From Haliotis rubra (Eukaryota), in the NCBI RefSeq assembly GCF_003918875.1, contig NW_025767457.1, positions 1,364,001-1,428,000 of the forward strand: a DNA stretch of 64,000 nt, written 5' to 3'. Position numbers and translations under genes: made by a program. The notes beneath the pieces are model-generated. The model ran no database searches, was not told the DNA's origin, and saw only the letters and a list, made by a program, of their open reading frames with translations. How positions within the stretch are numbered: the stretch's first letter is position 1; each line of letters begins with the position of its first letter. Below, in pieces: positions 1 to 12,000 of the stretch.

Positions 1-155
1 ATTCATCCTCACCTTTTCCTCTTGTGTCCATTCAAGTGCATGATCTGGCAAACTTCGGGATCGCAGGAACTCTAATACGTCATCAACACTCATTTTTATG
101 CTAAAATCTGAAATAAACTTAGCAACCTGCCCGGAAATAAAACTTGTTACTTGAG

Positions 156-284
156 CTACTAAGTCCTAATTAGGAGATACTATCACCAAATTAGGAGATA
201 GCTATGTCCTATTTAGGAGACAGCTATGTCCTAATTAGGAGATAGGATCACCTAATTAGGAAATAGCTAAGTCCTAATTAGGAG
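156..284. repeat. Degenerate ~21-22 bp tandem repeat (about 6 units) built on the palindrome CCTAATTAGG
   Basis: Units such as gtcctaattaggagatactatcacc and gtcctaattaggagataggatcacc are visible directly. Confidence 0.85.
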
Positions 285-334
285 CTAAACAAAATCGGAC
301 TGTGGCACTAGGACGCCACATTATGAACGATAGG

Positions 335-1310
335 ATTAAAAAAAATATATAATACATATAAATCCTTATTTACAGATGGGTCCAAGGATGGTGGCGCGGT
401 AGCATCTACAGTCCCACAAAAAGAAGTGGGGACACCCAGGTAGGTATCAATAGATCACATGCAATAAAACCCTATATTGGTTATACCTACTTGGGTTGTC
501 AGTCCAGATTCTAAGAGGTCATCATGCGACGATGTCGTATTGGCCACACAAGATATACTCATGCATACCCATTGAAAGGTGAGGATCCTCCGTCTTGTAT
601 CCCTTGTGATGAAAGAATCACGGTCAAGCATGTCTTGCTTGACTGTGTTGAATATTCCATCACAAGGGATAACTATTTTAAATCAGGAACTATGAAGGAT
701 ATTTTAGTACTGTCAGTTCTCATTTAATTATTGCATTTTTAAAAGAATTAGATTTATTAAATGATTTGTAAATAGATAAATGGTATTTTAAACATGGTAG
801 TATAAATTTGCAACTGTGATTGTGTGTGGCTGTATTCTCGAATGTTTTTGAAGTATCGTAAAATTATTGTCCTCCTGAGAGGGTACGTAAGTCCCCAAAA
901 CTTTCAAAGTCAATTTAAACTTACCAGGATTTTAAACGTAGTATTCTTGTTATTTTAATTATGGCTAACATTTCTTACAATCGCCAACAGCTGAAGGGAT
1001 CGTGTAAATCCAACTAGGGTCCATGCAGGTAGCAAAGGTACTGTAAGTCCCCATGGTCCCTAGTATGGTGATCTACCCTCATTGTTGGTGATCTATAGCC
1101 TATTTTTATATTGTGTCATCTATAGTTGAAATGTTTTGGATTTGATTGCTGGTTTTACATTTATATCTGTGATGTTCTGGTTGTTTTACTGTCCTTCGTT
1201 GACAGAATTTTATCATCTATCTTTACTTATTGTTAATCTATAGCTTGTTTTAGTCACGATATGGGTGAAATATTGCCAAAGTGACTTTAAACTTTAACTC
1301 ACTCACTCAC
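335..1310 (+). mobile_element. 5'-truncated, internally deleted I-group LINE 3' end
   Basis: RNase H start (FTDGSKDGG) is fused to the C-terminal RRCRIGHTRYTH...CIPCD...H...C region. The 3' UTR ends in (ACTC)n. 11-bp TSD tgaacgatagg at 324-334 and 1311-1321. Confidence 0.93.
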
Positions 1311-1928
1311 TGAACGATAGGCCCTTTTATGAATCTGGCCGCCATATTGTTGGAAATGAACGTAATAATGTTCTCTCATTTGTTGCGTTATGTTCCCTTG
1401 AATACTCACTTTAAATATGAATTTATGACTTAACGTCACCGAAACACACAAAATTATCTACCGCCTCTGTACATTGTAAGAAAGAATCTATGCTGGCGAT
1501 TTAGTGGATGTGATTGTCAGGAATGGGAACTGGCCTCATTGTGTGTCATCGTTTGACGAAGGTTAGACCCGAGTGTCTAAAACCCTTTATTATATGTCTG
1601 GAGTATTGGGCGTTAAACAGGAAGCATTTAAGAATGTTTTACCCAGGGCAAAAACCTCAGCTCTTTTGCAGCTGTATGACACTGATCCCTGACCTTTCCC
1701 ATTAGTCACTTCTTAAAGCCAGCATTGGCTGCTAAACCCTTTTGACCAGATGTTCACGGTAAACAAGTTATTTTCTGCGCTCTTTCACTCAGCCTGTATA
1801 CTTCACACCAGGCAATGATAGATCCGCAAATGAGACCTTCTTTTGTGCTGTTTAGAAGGACCATATGTTTGCACGGCACGTGGACCTATTGTATTCCTAC
1901 GTGATTCTTTAATGAGGAATAACACACA

Positions 1929-3042
1929 GTGAGTGAGTGAGTTAATATTTGACGTCACATCGGCAATATATCAGTGACGAAAACAATTTATATAATACAA
2001 AAAAGAAAACATTGTGAAGACGATGTGTCGACGATGGACAGTAAAAATACTAGAGTATCACAGATATGAACATAAAACTAGCATGTAAAACGAATTCAGT
2101 GTAATAAAAGAAGACAATACAATATAAAACACGGGCTATAGATCGCCAGCATCTGAAGGTAGATCACCATACTAGGAACCATGGGGACTTACATTACTTT
2201 TGCTACCTGCATGGAGCCTAGCTAGATTTACACCATCCCTTCAGCTGCTGGTGATTGTAGAATAATTTAGCCGAAATTTAGAACAAAAATACTACGTTTA
2301 AAAACTTGGTACGTGAAAATTGTACTTTAAAAGTTTTGGGGACTTACGTACCCTTTCAGGAGGACAATAATTTTACGTTACTTCAACCCCCTTTGAGGAT
2401 ACAGCCACTAACAATCTCAGTTACTAATCTAAACTACCAATAATAAAATATGTATCTATTTACAAATCAGTTAACAAGTCTAATTTTTTTTAAAAGGCAA
2501 TTATTAAATGAGAACTTATATTACTAAAAAGATCCTTCAAAGTTTGTGATTTGAAATGGATTACCCTTGTGACAGTCTAGTTTAGAGCGAACCAAAGATC
2601 TGTACAATTGAAGGAGGGTAGTCTGATCCCCTCCCCACTCTTTATTTGAAACGACTTTTAGTAAGTCCAGAGCCTTCAAGCACTTGGTTTTCAAAAATTT
2701 TATGTGTGGTAAGAATGTCAGGTGACGGTCGAATATGAGTCCCAGGAATTTGGCCTCTTCTACTACCTTGATGGGAGTACCATCTAAAGATAGGTCTGGA
2801 TCCTTGTGTGGTTTGTATTTAAGGCAAAAGTGAATACAGTTTGTTTTGGATTTTGAAAACTTAAAGCCATTTTCATCGGCCCATTTTTGGATTTTGTTAA
2901 GACAGAGTTGTAGCTGCTTTTCTATTGCGTGCATGTTCTTACCACGACATGAAATCGTCCACGAAAATGGACCCATCAACACAACTGTTCAAGACGTTAG
3001 TGAGGCTGTTAATTTTTATGCTAAAAAGGGTGACAGACAGGA
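1929..3042 (-). mobile_element. Truncated I-group LINE (RT fragment fused to 3' UTR)
   Basis: ORF 2524-2982 matches the RT C-terminal half of the LINEs at 39446 and 56631. The 3' UTR and (ACTC)n tail end at 1929. Confidence 0.92.
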
Positions 3043-3329
3043 TGTACTGATACTGGTCCTGTCATGCGCCTGAATAACCCCAAACGGCAGCAAGGGGACA
3101 CGATGGATGCATTGACGTTACTTTAAGCATGGTTTGCATGTAAGACATCATGTGTATAATCCACGTATATGCTTATGGGCGTATTCATTATGGCTGACTT
3201 TCGATAGAGATCGATAATCGTCAACTGATTATCAATAAATATCGGAGACTAACTTTCACCGAAAAGGCCAAATATGTCCAAAAGAAATTAATACATATAG
3301 CCTCACTGGTGAGTGGTGGCATGTTTTTG

Positions 3330-3850
3330 CGTGGATTAGTAACAAAGCAATGTCCTGAACATAATTTAGAAGCAGACCATGAATAAAGTCCTTAATTTGT
3401 ATATTGTGTGAGAAAATTATGACCTTTTCCTCCATAAAAGGTATTCATATTTACAGCATAGAAATAGCAATAGACATGTTGTTATAGACGTCATTGCAGG
3501 AAGGTTGCAGAAAATGCATTTATGTTTACCGGAAACAGATTGCAGTATACTTATCTCACTCTTGGATGTGACTCTGAACAGAATTACCCTTTTATGTACC
3601 TCTGGTTTGCTCCAAACTCTTTCGAAGGAATCAGCTCTATTGAAATGAAATGCTGCCAGCCCGTGCCTCATAAACAGGCTTTAAAGAATCATGCTGGAAA
3701 TGAAGGGGGTTTAGCTAGCTTATTCCTTCAATTATCCCAACCCGATGCTCAATCTGTAGGACCGAAATATACAGAGCAATTATCACTGCCTTGTAGGTTA
3801 CACGAACACATAGTTACATTCCATTACATGTTGAGTCAACGGTGGAAACA
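3330..3850 (+). pseudogene. EVE unit U1, ORF-A remnant (unknown protein)
   Basis: PVPHKQALKNHAGNEGGLASLFL is homologous to PAVPHTEMALKRLARNEGGLACLFL in ORF 28371-28832. The DNA is also homologous to 18230-18390. Confidence 0.5.
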
Positions 3851-3854
3851 TTCG

Positions 3855-4105
3855 TGATGAATGTAGTAATATCTATGCTGTAATATATATGCCGAATCTA
3901 AACTGAAATATATATGCATGATGAAAGTAATATTGTCGACTCAAAGCTGAAATATACACGATGAAGGTTATAGTATCGACTTTTCACTAATAAAATCAAT
4001 GGATGTATAAATATCGACTGTACATTGTAATATACATGATGAATGTAAAAATGTCCACTTCGTACTGCAACGTATACGGCGATAGTAATGATGTCTACTC
4101 TATAC
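3855..4105. repeat. Degenerate ~40-bp tandem repeat (about 6 units)
   Basis: Recurring gatgaa...aata.tgtcgact...ctgaaatata motif. Confidence 0.7.
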
Positions 4106-5099
4106 TTTAGTGAGCAATTACATCTTTTTTACTTCTTTTTCACGTCACAAACAGGAGACGACAGTAGTGAGGGGGAATGTAGGAACTCGGACTTTGACAA
4201 GAGCGATTGAGGAAGTGGGCGAGTGGTTCATAAACATCGCGGCTTGCTGTAGGAGAAAAGTCAAATGTAATGCACACATGAGATGTTTATCACTTTATCT
4301 GAATGTGGTTAGTAGAGTGAAAGCTAGCAGGGGAAATCATAGATACGTGTTTCCTAATTTCCAGTGGTCTTGATAAAATTACACATTTAAACACTCTATC
4401 CTACTTAAATGTTAAACTCCCATACCAAATATACAATAAAAGAATGTGTCCAATATACTGAGATTGTAAACTGGAACCTTTTCTATGTGAGACTAGTGAG
4501 ATCTTCGTCATCTCTCAAATCTGCCTTATATTATGTAAGGCAAATTTAAGAGATGACGAAGATGGGGGAACCTCTGAGAAGTATCAGAAAATCAAACAAA
4601 AAAAAGGACGAAAGTGCGCTTCGACAGAGGTTGTCCCTATTCTCAGACAGTGGACTAATATTGACCTTTTCAAGGACAGTTGAATGACAACATGCGCCAT
4701 GATTGTACAGTAAACGGCAGCCGAGGAGAATTACCGGCGACTTGTTCTCAGATGAAAGCAACGTAAATATGTTAATAATTCATGGTACTGGATTTGCCTG
4801 AGATTGTATTTAAACTTTTTTGTCAAAAGGGGATTGAATCTATTTCCTTTGGCCTGATTCCACTAATACTGGAGCGTATGAGTGGCTGGTGTGAATTTGA
4901 GTCAGACATGTTTTCAATAAACAGATGAATACAATGTTGTCCCGTGTTCACCTCATTGAAAAACACCCATAGTGCATTCAGCACTCAAATTCAGAGAGAA
5001 TGGATACTTCAAACAGACCCCAGATTATTATTCATAATCATCGGCAAATACTGACATTGACTGAAATAGTCACACTTTAGTTTTATATGTATGAAAGAC

Positions 5100-5254
5100 G
5101 AGTGAGTGAGTTTGATTTTACGCCGCTTTTAGCAATATTCCATCACGGCGGGGGACACCAGGAATGGGCTTCACACATTTTACCCATGTGGGGAATCGAA
5201 TCCGGGCCTTCAGCGTGACAAGCGAACGTTTACCCACTAGGCTACCGCACCGCC
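5100..5254 (-). mobile_element. tRNA-derived SINE (family 1); further copies at ~6815-6945(-), 32085-32181(-), 46956-47080(+), fragment 32880-32912
   Basis: Reverse complement gives ggcggtgcggtagcctagtgg (A box) and ggattcgattcc (B box), a tgtgtgaagcccatt..tggtgtccc body and an (ACTC)n tail. Confidence 0.85.
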
Positions 5255-5569
5255 AGGTATGAATGATGAGTTAGGTGGGTAAAACGATATTGTTACATCA
5301 TGGCATGGCATCGGAATGAGCGAAAAGGCAAAACGTAGAGTCGGGGCGTTTAAAGCAACCGATTTGGTGAAACATCCGAGCATGGTTACTGCGTCGTAGT
5401 ATCAAGGACAATATTTTCAGTAAGTCTGTAATTTGAACCTTTACCCCAGTCTTTACGGTATTTTATTCTTTCTCATTATATAAGCAAGGTACGGATTTTG
5501 ATATCTCTGTCACTGAAATTGACATATTGTATTGATATTTTCTATGAAATTATACTCACATTTAAGAAA

Positions 5570-5900
5570 TAATCAAGAGTTTTAGATTTGTTGAACAGGG
5601 GAACGTGTGCGCCTCAGGCCGATTTTGCAGAAGGCTTTAAAATATTTTGACATTCATTAGAACTTCATTTTCACTTTACAAACTGCTCAACCACTGAATA
5701 GAAACAGTGTATGGCTACGACAAGGTTTTTGACGTTGGTTAGACTGTACATGGATTGTCAGATCTTGAGTGGGCATGAGCATCAACATCAGGGTGCAATT
5801 CTTGCAGTTTATTCAAAACCAAAATCCAATTAGCAGTTACGGGGAGCACTTATGTCTAAAGGAACTGAGGCACCCTCTGACTAGCCCATAGCCAGACCAG
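5570..5900 (+). pseudogene. EVE unit U1, nucleoprotein-like remnant (C-terminal part)
   Basis: LNRGTCAPQADFAEGF (from ~5591), GHEHQHQGAILAV (from 5771) and QNPISSYG. Homologous to 18960-19270 and 30200-30560. Confidence 0.5.
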
Positions 5901-5979
5901 CAATTATATCTATAACAGTTACAGCAATGGTTTCAAGAATAGTGCAGCAATAGTCGTGTTCGAAGCCTCTGTAAAAGCT

Positions 5980-6330
5980 ATTTCAGAGGGCCATAAAGAG
6001 ATCTATGACAAATATCGTTGACCCAACTGGCAGATACAACTATAAAGAGTGCACCTATCAAAGCCAATATCTATGAGGGTCAAAGCCAATATCTATAAGG
6101 GTCAAAGCCAATATCTATCAGGGTTGAATGTCATAGTATTCATTTATATGGAAATCTAAACCTGGTTACACGGGAGTGTTGAGTGCTTGCGGTCAGTCTC
6201 TCAAATGCCCATCGACAAACCGCATTTCAAACCACTGAGGTCGCTTCAAGAACGAGAGTGAATAAGGCTCTAATGAGAAACATAGAAGGTATTTTAATTA
6301 GAAATTGATTAGTTCAAGAGATGTGAGCTA
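5980..6330 (+). pseudogene. EVE unit U1, ORF-C remnant (between the N-like and G-like blocks; possible matrix or P position)
   Basis: LFQRAIKRSMTNIVDPTGRYNYKECTYQ...HLYGNLNLVTREC is conserved with 19290-19460 and 30710-31070. Contains a 22-bp unit x3 at 6058-6123. Confidence 0.5.
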
Positions 6331-6399
6331 AAGTTTATGACAAACAAACAACTAAAAGAATGAATGAACACTGTCTAATTTGACCCTATATCAAACCAT

Positions 6400-8070
6400 C
6401 TGTAGTCTGTGGTAACCATAACGACAATATCAGCCTGGACCTGATGTAAGCCAACAGTGTCTTGTTGACATGGTGCGGAGGTTGCCAGATTTGGTTAAGG
6501 AGTTCTCTTACTCTGACCCAGAAGCATTCGTCTCCACAAACACTCATTGATATTATCATTGATCTTTGGAAAATCCGTTCATTGTTGTCATCGTACTGAT
6601 AATTACATGCTGAAATAGACTAAGTCTTGGAAATAGTACTTTGGCAACATCATGAATGAGACTCCAGTCTATGGTTGTCGTGCAATTGTACCTAAATAAA
6701 TGACTTTGTGGGTTGTCTGCATGATATCAATCTGACATTGGGCATAGGTCTTAGATCAATGTCAAATCACCAGTGAGGTCCTGATTACCTTCTTCGGTGA
6801 ATCATGTGCCTTAGTATGGTTTGATGCAACTTTTAGCAATATGCTGAGCGCTGGAAACGAGCGTATGACATTGTAGGTACGTAGAACATCGAACCCATGT
6901 CTTCAGCGTACGGAGCAAATACTGTTACCACATAGCTAACCCACAGTAAGCATTTTGCTTTCAAAACAGGATTAAGATACCAGTATGTGTAAGAAAAACA
7001 AATAATTGTCTTGTAAATCATTGACAAACATAGGGAGTTTGAAGTCTTTGTTGGTTGAACACTTTCTTTCTCATTATAATTTTAGGATAAGCAAGGAATT
7101 GATTTTATTATCTCTGTCACTGAATTTTACATTGGACAGTCCGTCGATGACTGGTTATTTAACTACTTGTATTTATTGTGTATGGCTGAAATATTGCCGA
7201 GATGACGTTAAATTTACAGGCAACCACATGAACCAGACGACCATTCCTCGCTCCGCCTAGAAATACATTGGTTCATCAGTGCAGGGTATTTCAGTATCAT
7301 GGTCCATCAAGGTCTATAGATCGCATTGTGAACACAAGGATGAAGCCAGGCTGGCTTTAAAAAAATCCTGATTAAATATATCCGAACCACCAGGAAAAAT
7401 GATTTGCAGACAATGGAGTTAATTAGTTCTCAGTATCAAACCCTGAACACGTCCATAAAAACACGTTTTTTTGTTATTTTTTGCACGTGAAATGGATTGC
7501 AAATGCCCGTGGGAAGAAACGTTATTACGTACTTACTGATTGGATTGTCCCGGTGAAGACCTTATTTGATTGTTCCATTAGTGTAAACAAGAGAGTATTA
7601 TGGAAGTTCTGTTTGGTAAGATATAGGCATAGGGGGATGATCAATGACATTTCTCTTCTCATATGATATTTGGGATGACATTCTCCTTAGTAAAGTACAA
7701 ATTCTAGTACCAATTTCTAATTTTAATTGAGTTTGATCCAGGATTCGAACCCACGCTCTCGGAGTGAGGAACCTCATCGCCAGCTCACCAAGACAGCGAT
7801 CCAGCCCAGTGAGTCGCCAAGGTTCGGGAAGTGGTAGAATTGAAAATGTACTTCAATACTTCTCTGGCAAGTGTAAATGGGCACAGCTTTGAACGTACAA
7901 TTCCTATTATTGGCTGACATATGTTACATATTTGTTTCATCACTTAAGTTGATGCAGTTTTTGAAGCCATCATTAGGGAACTTACTTGTGTTCCATGTCG
8001 CTTTCATTTCGGGGAATCTGTATTTTTTGGATGTTTGTAATCATAACTCTTTTGGACCTTCGACTTAAAA
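6400..8070 (+). pseudogene. EVE unit U1, glycoprotein-like remnant
   Basis: SQQCLV, SDPEAFVST, HCCHRTDNYMLK.TKSWK.YFG and LITFFGESC are conserved with 31090-31800. The Cys/aromatic pattern is reminiscent of a class III fusion protein. A hydrophobic stretch lies near 7880-8060. Confidence 0.4.
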
Positions 8071-10663
8071 TGGTAATGAATGGAAACTTGATCTCGTCAC
8101 TATATGGTTGGAATAATGCCGATGTGACGTAAAGCCCAAATCAACTCAACTCAACTCAACTCATATATCTGTTGCAAAGTTAAATTTGGACCCCAGGTGT
8201 TCTTTCATCACCAAAATCAAGTGTAATTCTCACGAGAAATTGAGTAATTTAATTTCACGTTCGCGTGTCTTGCGATAACATATATCGCCTTTGCTTGGCA
8301 GAATGGGTAGTCTGTATTGTTTGTACGTAAGTGCAGGTATTCACGCAATTTGTGTCGTACGTCATATCTAAAGTATGTATCGGTGACTTCCGCTGTCGTC
8401 CCCACGTACGTGTTTGAAGGTTTTGCTTACTTTACTGATATTAGTGTGAGCTTGTAACATGACAGCAAAAATGTTTCTGTCTGCATGTAAATGAAAGTGC
8501 CTTGCCTCTTCTGGAAAGTGGTAACATTAATAAGATAAGACTATGTTAATGAGGATTAACACATAGATACTGATCTCTGACGCATTTTGTATGCATGAAC
8601 GTGAACAATGGTTCATTACATGCTGACATGGCCGGCCAGGTTCTAAAGAGACTTGGATACTGAAGATTGGTCATTCCGCGCCACTGGTCAGATGTGGCCC
8701 TGTTTGCTGGATCACTACAGCCTTGTAATTATCATAGTATTTGCATTAGTATGAACGATAATATCCCTTGCCAGTGTCGCGCGCCTTTCTTATTACCAGC
8801 CTATTTGCTTTCTTGGATGGTTGTTCTCACATCAGATTATGCACATGGGACACTAAGGGTCACCTAACATGAAGAAGCCTTGCTAAGCCTTTGGAACATC
8901 TAGAATCTCTGTCACAGCCGAAGAGACAAGTATAAGTATATTCGATTATGGGAAGAGTACTACATACAATGACACCCAGTTGAACTGGACGAGTGTCATT
9001 GAAAATGTCTAAACTTAACTAATTTGTTGATATAATCATTCAAAATCTGTTTCATTGTAAAGTGCCCAGTCCATATTGTACTTCGTATTGGACCAACTGT
9101 TTACCTTTCCATCTCGTTATGAAGGTCGGTAGGGAAGCCAAATGTTAAGAGAGGTCACGAGTCAAGGCAAAGGGCTTATATTGGCACAATGAAAGGAAGC
9201 TCGGGAAGCCCGTTTCAGGATAACCTGTCATAAAATTCCTGTAATATTGCTGAGCGCCGTCAAGAAGCTCTCACTTTTGTTGTCTCACATGTTATGTGTC
9301 TTACCATCGTCATTTCCCTGTTATTTGAAACGGCAAAGCAATAACTCTTTCATGTTGCTTAAGATGTAAAATGTATGGCTTGATGTCCACAGTCTGTGCC
9401 TGTTTCGGTATCGTATATCAGTATTCTCGGCATACTAAGCTTTCTTAAGAAGGCATGATATTTAAATCCGTCGTAATCCTTGCGGCGTATCAGGAGAGCG
9501 AGTGTTTTTATTCCAATCTAAACAGACGTTGCATGCTAATACATCAGCCTCAAATCATGTGTCTCGAGATTAGGCAAAAACCGAATAGATGCTACAAAGA
9601 GAAACTTTATGGGACAGAAAAATGTAAATTGCAGGAGACGTATCGCTTTTATTCACAGAGAAGTGTTGAGATGGAATCCTCTCGGGAATATAATGAGATT
9701 GAAGTTGTAAAACACCTTTCAACTAAATAGTCCTGGTGCTTTGGAATGGTATATTCAAAAAAGTTTCAAAAGGTTATTGCAGCGAGCGAGCATGTAATTA
9801 TACCCGACCCTAATCGGAACATAAACTCAGATTAAGTACCTTTAACGTTAAATTAATGATGGGGATTTTAATGAAATCGAACCAGATTGAATACGAGTTC
9901 CGTCGATGAAACGCGTCAAACGCTATTACGCTGACAACAAAATCCTTTAAACTCGTTAAAACTTTTTTGATGACCACGACAACTAGTTTTTAAGAGCAGG
10001 CAATACTATTTCTTTTTGTGTGTCATTATCTTAACCACTATAAACCTTTAATGAAACTCCACATGCACTGTGTAAGGACGTAGTTATATACAGAACTGTG
10101 GAAAACCTGAACTTTTTCCTGATGCTAAAAAACATTTTATGATGAACTAAGTAAGATAGCTGGCGACTGTAACCCCAAGTCCTCTGCTATTCCACACATT
10201 CGAAAACCAGAACAATGACTGCAAACAAACCAAGAAGGCACGGAAACGGATGAACAGCACTCAACAAATCTTTGACTCCGCTTCTAATGGCATATAGTGA
10301 TTTTAAGCCTATAAGTCTAATATAGATTAGGTGAGCATCCTCCAGTTTGTCTCCCTTTATGTGATGAAAGAATCATCGGTGTCACTTCATTCATTGTATT
10401 CGTATTGGCAGACATTATTGATAACAACTTCAATTTCGTTCGACATTTCGATACAGATTCTTCTACCGTTGTCAAGCAGTATATTTTCAACGGTACACAA
10501 ATCTGTATCGAAACTTCGCATTCACGAAAAAGGTTGTTATCCATAAAGTTTGTCAACTCAGAGATGATTTCTATTCCTGTTTGTAGATAAGTTGTACGGT
10601 TTCAGCTTTCTTAGATTTTGGTAATGGAAGCTCCACCTGTGGTCTCACCAACTGACAAGAAAG

Positions 10664-10920
10664 TGGGTGAGTGAGTGAGTTATTATTTAACGTCACATCG
10701 GCAATTGCAGCCATATCGTGACGAGAACATATTTGACATTGAAATGGAATATATGTATATTATAAAAACCTGTCGACGAAGGACAGTAAAACAACTAGAA
10801 TATCACAATTAGAATTAAAACTAGCGTGGAAAGTTAAAATTAATAGCACTATTGGGACAATACAACATAAAAACAGGCTATAGATCGCCAACAACAGGAG
10901 GTAGATCACCATACTAGGGA
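10664..10920 (-). mobile_element. 5'-truncated LINE 3' end inserted in the viral RdRp region
   Basis: LINE 3' UTR plus (ACTC)n. 13-bp TSD actgacaagaaag at 10651-10663 and 10921-10933. Confidence 0.92.
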
Positions 10921-11421
10921 ACTGACAAGAAAGAGAAGAAATCAGGCGGAGGCGAGACATATTTCCAAGGTCGATATTAACAGCTCGAATGAAAGCTTAG
11001 GTTTAATTCTTATTCTTAGAGGCGAACGACGAAAAGAGGTCTTATTGTACAGATCCTCATAACGAGGATTAAAATCCTGGCTGCATTCATTAGATTATCC
11101 TATTGTGATGTACTGTAAAGATTATGTTATACGGCGTGCGTTCTTTAAAAAAATATCCAAGGCAAAGTCTAAGACCTTGGTGATGCTCAAAAGTACAGCG
11201 GGCTTTCGGATTTAGAGTTTTTGAGAAGCTGGTGAAGTTTTGTTATCTTTAAAGTGGATTTGAAATAATATTTTCTGATCGTTTGCTACCCAGATAATAG
11301 CAGTTTGACAACCATTATTAACTTTGAAAGGAAAATAGGAAACTGGTGCGGGATACGTCAGTGAAGGAGAGGAAGCTGTTGATGCATTTGCTAAAAAATA
11401 TTTGGCCTCTGTGAATGATCT

Positions 11422-11658
11422 CGTGAAGATCCGGGTTATAATTTATCTTCAGTAACCCATACTTGTCGTAACAGGCGACTAACGTGATCGGGTGGTCAGG
11501 CTCGCTGCCATGCTTGACACATGTCATCGTGTCCCAATCGCGTAGAACGATTCTCATGATGTTGATCACTGGATTGTCTGGTTCAGATTCGATTATTTAC
11601 AGACCGCCGCCATATAGCTGGAATATTGCTGAGTGTGGCATAAAACTCACTCACTCAC
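11422..11658 (+). mobile_element. ~240-bp non-autonomous retroposon (family 2); other copies 19919-20071(+, deleted), 36720-36885(-), 45170-45280(+), 48342-48585(+), older copies 1660-1760(-), 17380-17580(-), 28140-28310(-)
   Basis: Conserved cgtgaagatccggg...gtcgtaa.aggcgactaacg...gatcactggattgtctgg...tttacagaccgccgccatatagctggaatattgctgag body and (ACTC)n tail. Confidence 0.88.
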
Positions 11659-11709
11659 TGTGAATGAAATATGTTATTTTATAATGTTTGCCTGTGTGAC
11701 GCAAGAGGG

Positions 11710-12000
11710 ATATGATGTTGAAGGTGATATGTGATTGCCGGGGCAATTTGCACATTTGTTGTGATCTGACTGCTTCCGTGTTGTTTACTGCAGCGGGAGA
11801 AAACTTGGGACTTCAACAAGACTTTGCTCTACGTCCAATTCGTTGACATTTAAAATAACGGAGTGGGTTACGTATATATACATCAACTCTGATGTTGCAA
11901 TACCCTCGATTGAACGTTGTAATGATCTTTGTTGTTGCAGAAATAAACAGGGAAGTATTAATTTTGTATTTATGGCATTGTGAACCCCTTTCCACCAGGT
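11710..12000 (-). mobile_element. Degenerate LINE ORF1 (zinc-knuckle) fragment
   Basis: GYCNIRVDVYIRNPLRYFKCQRIGRRAKSC...KCANCPGNH resembles ORF1 at 54040-54240. Confidence 0.75.

Noticed and set aside
3855-4105. Regularly spaced ~40-bp repeats as a CRISPR-like array
   Set aside because: The units are degenerate tandem copies without unique spacers, the context is eukaryotic, and there are no cas genes.
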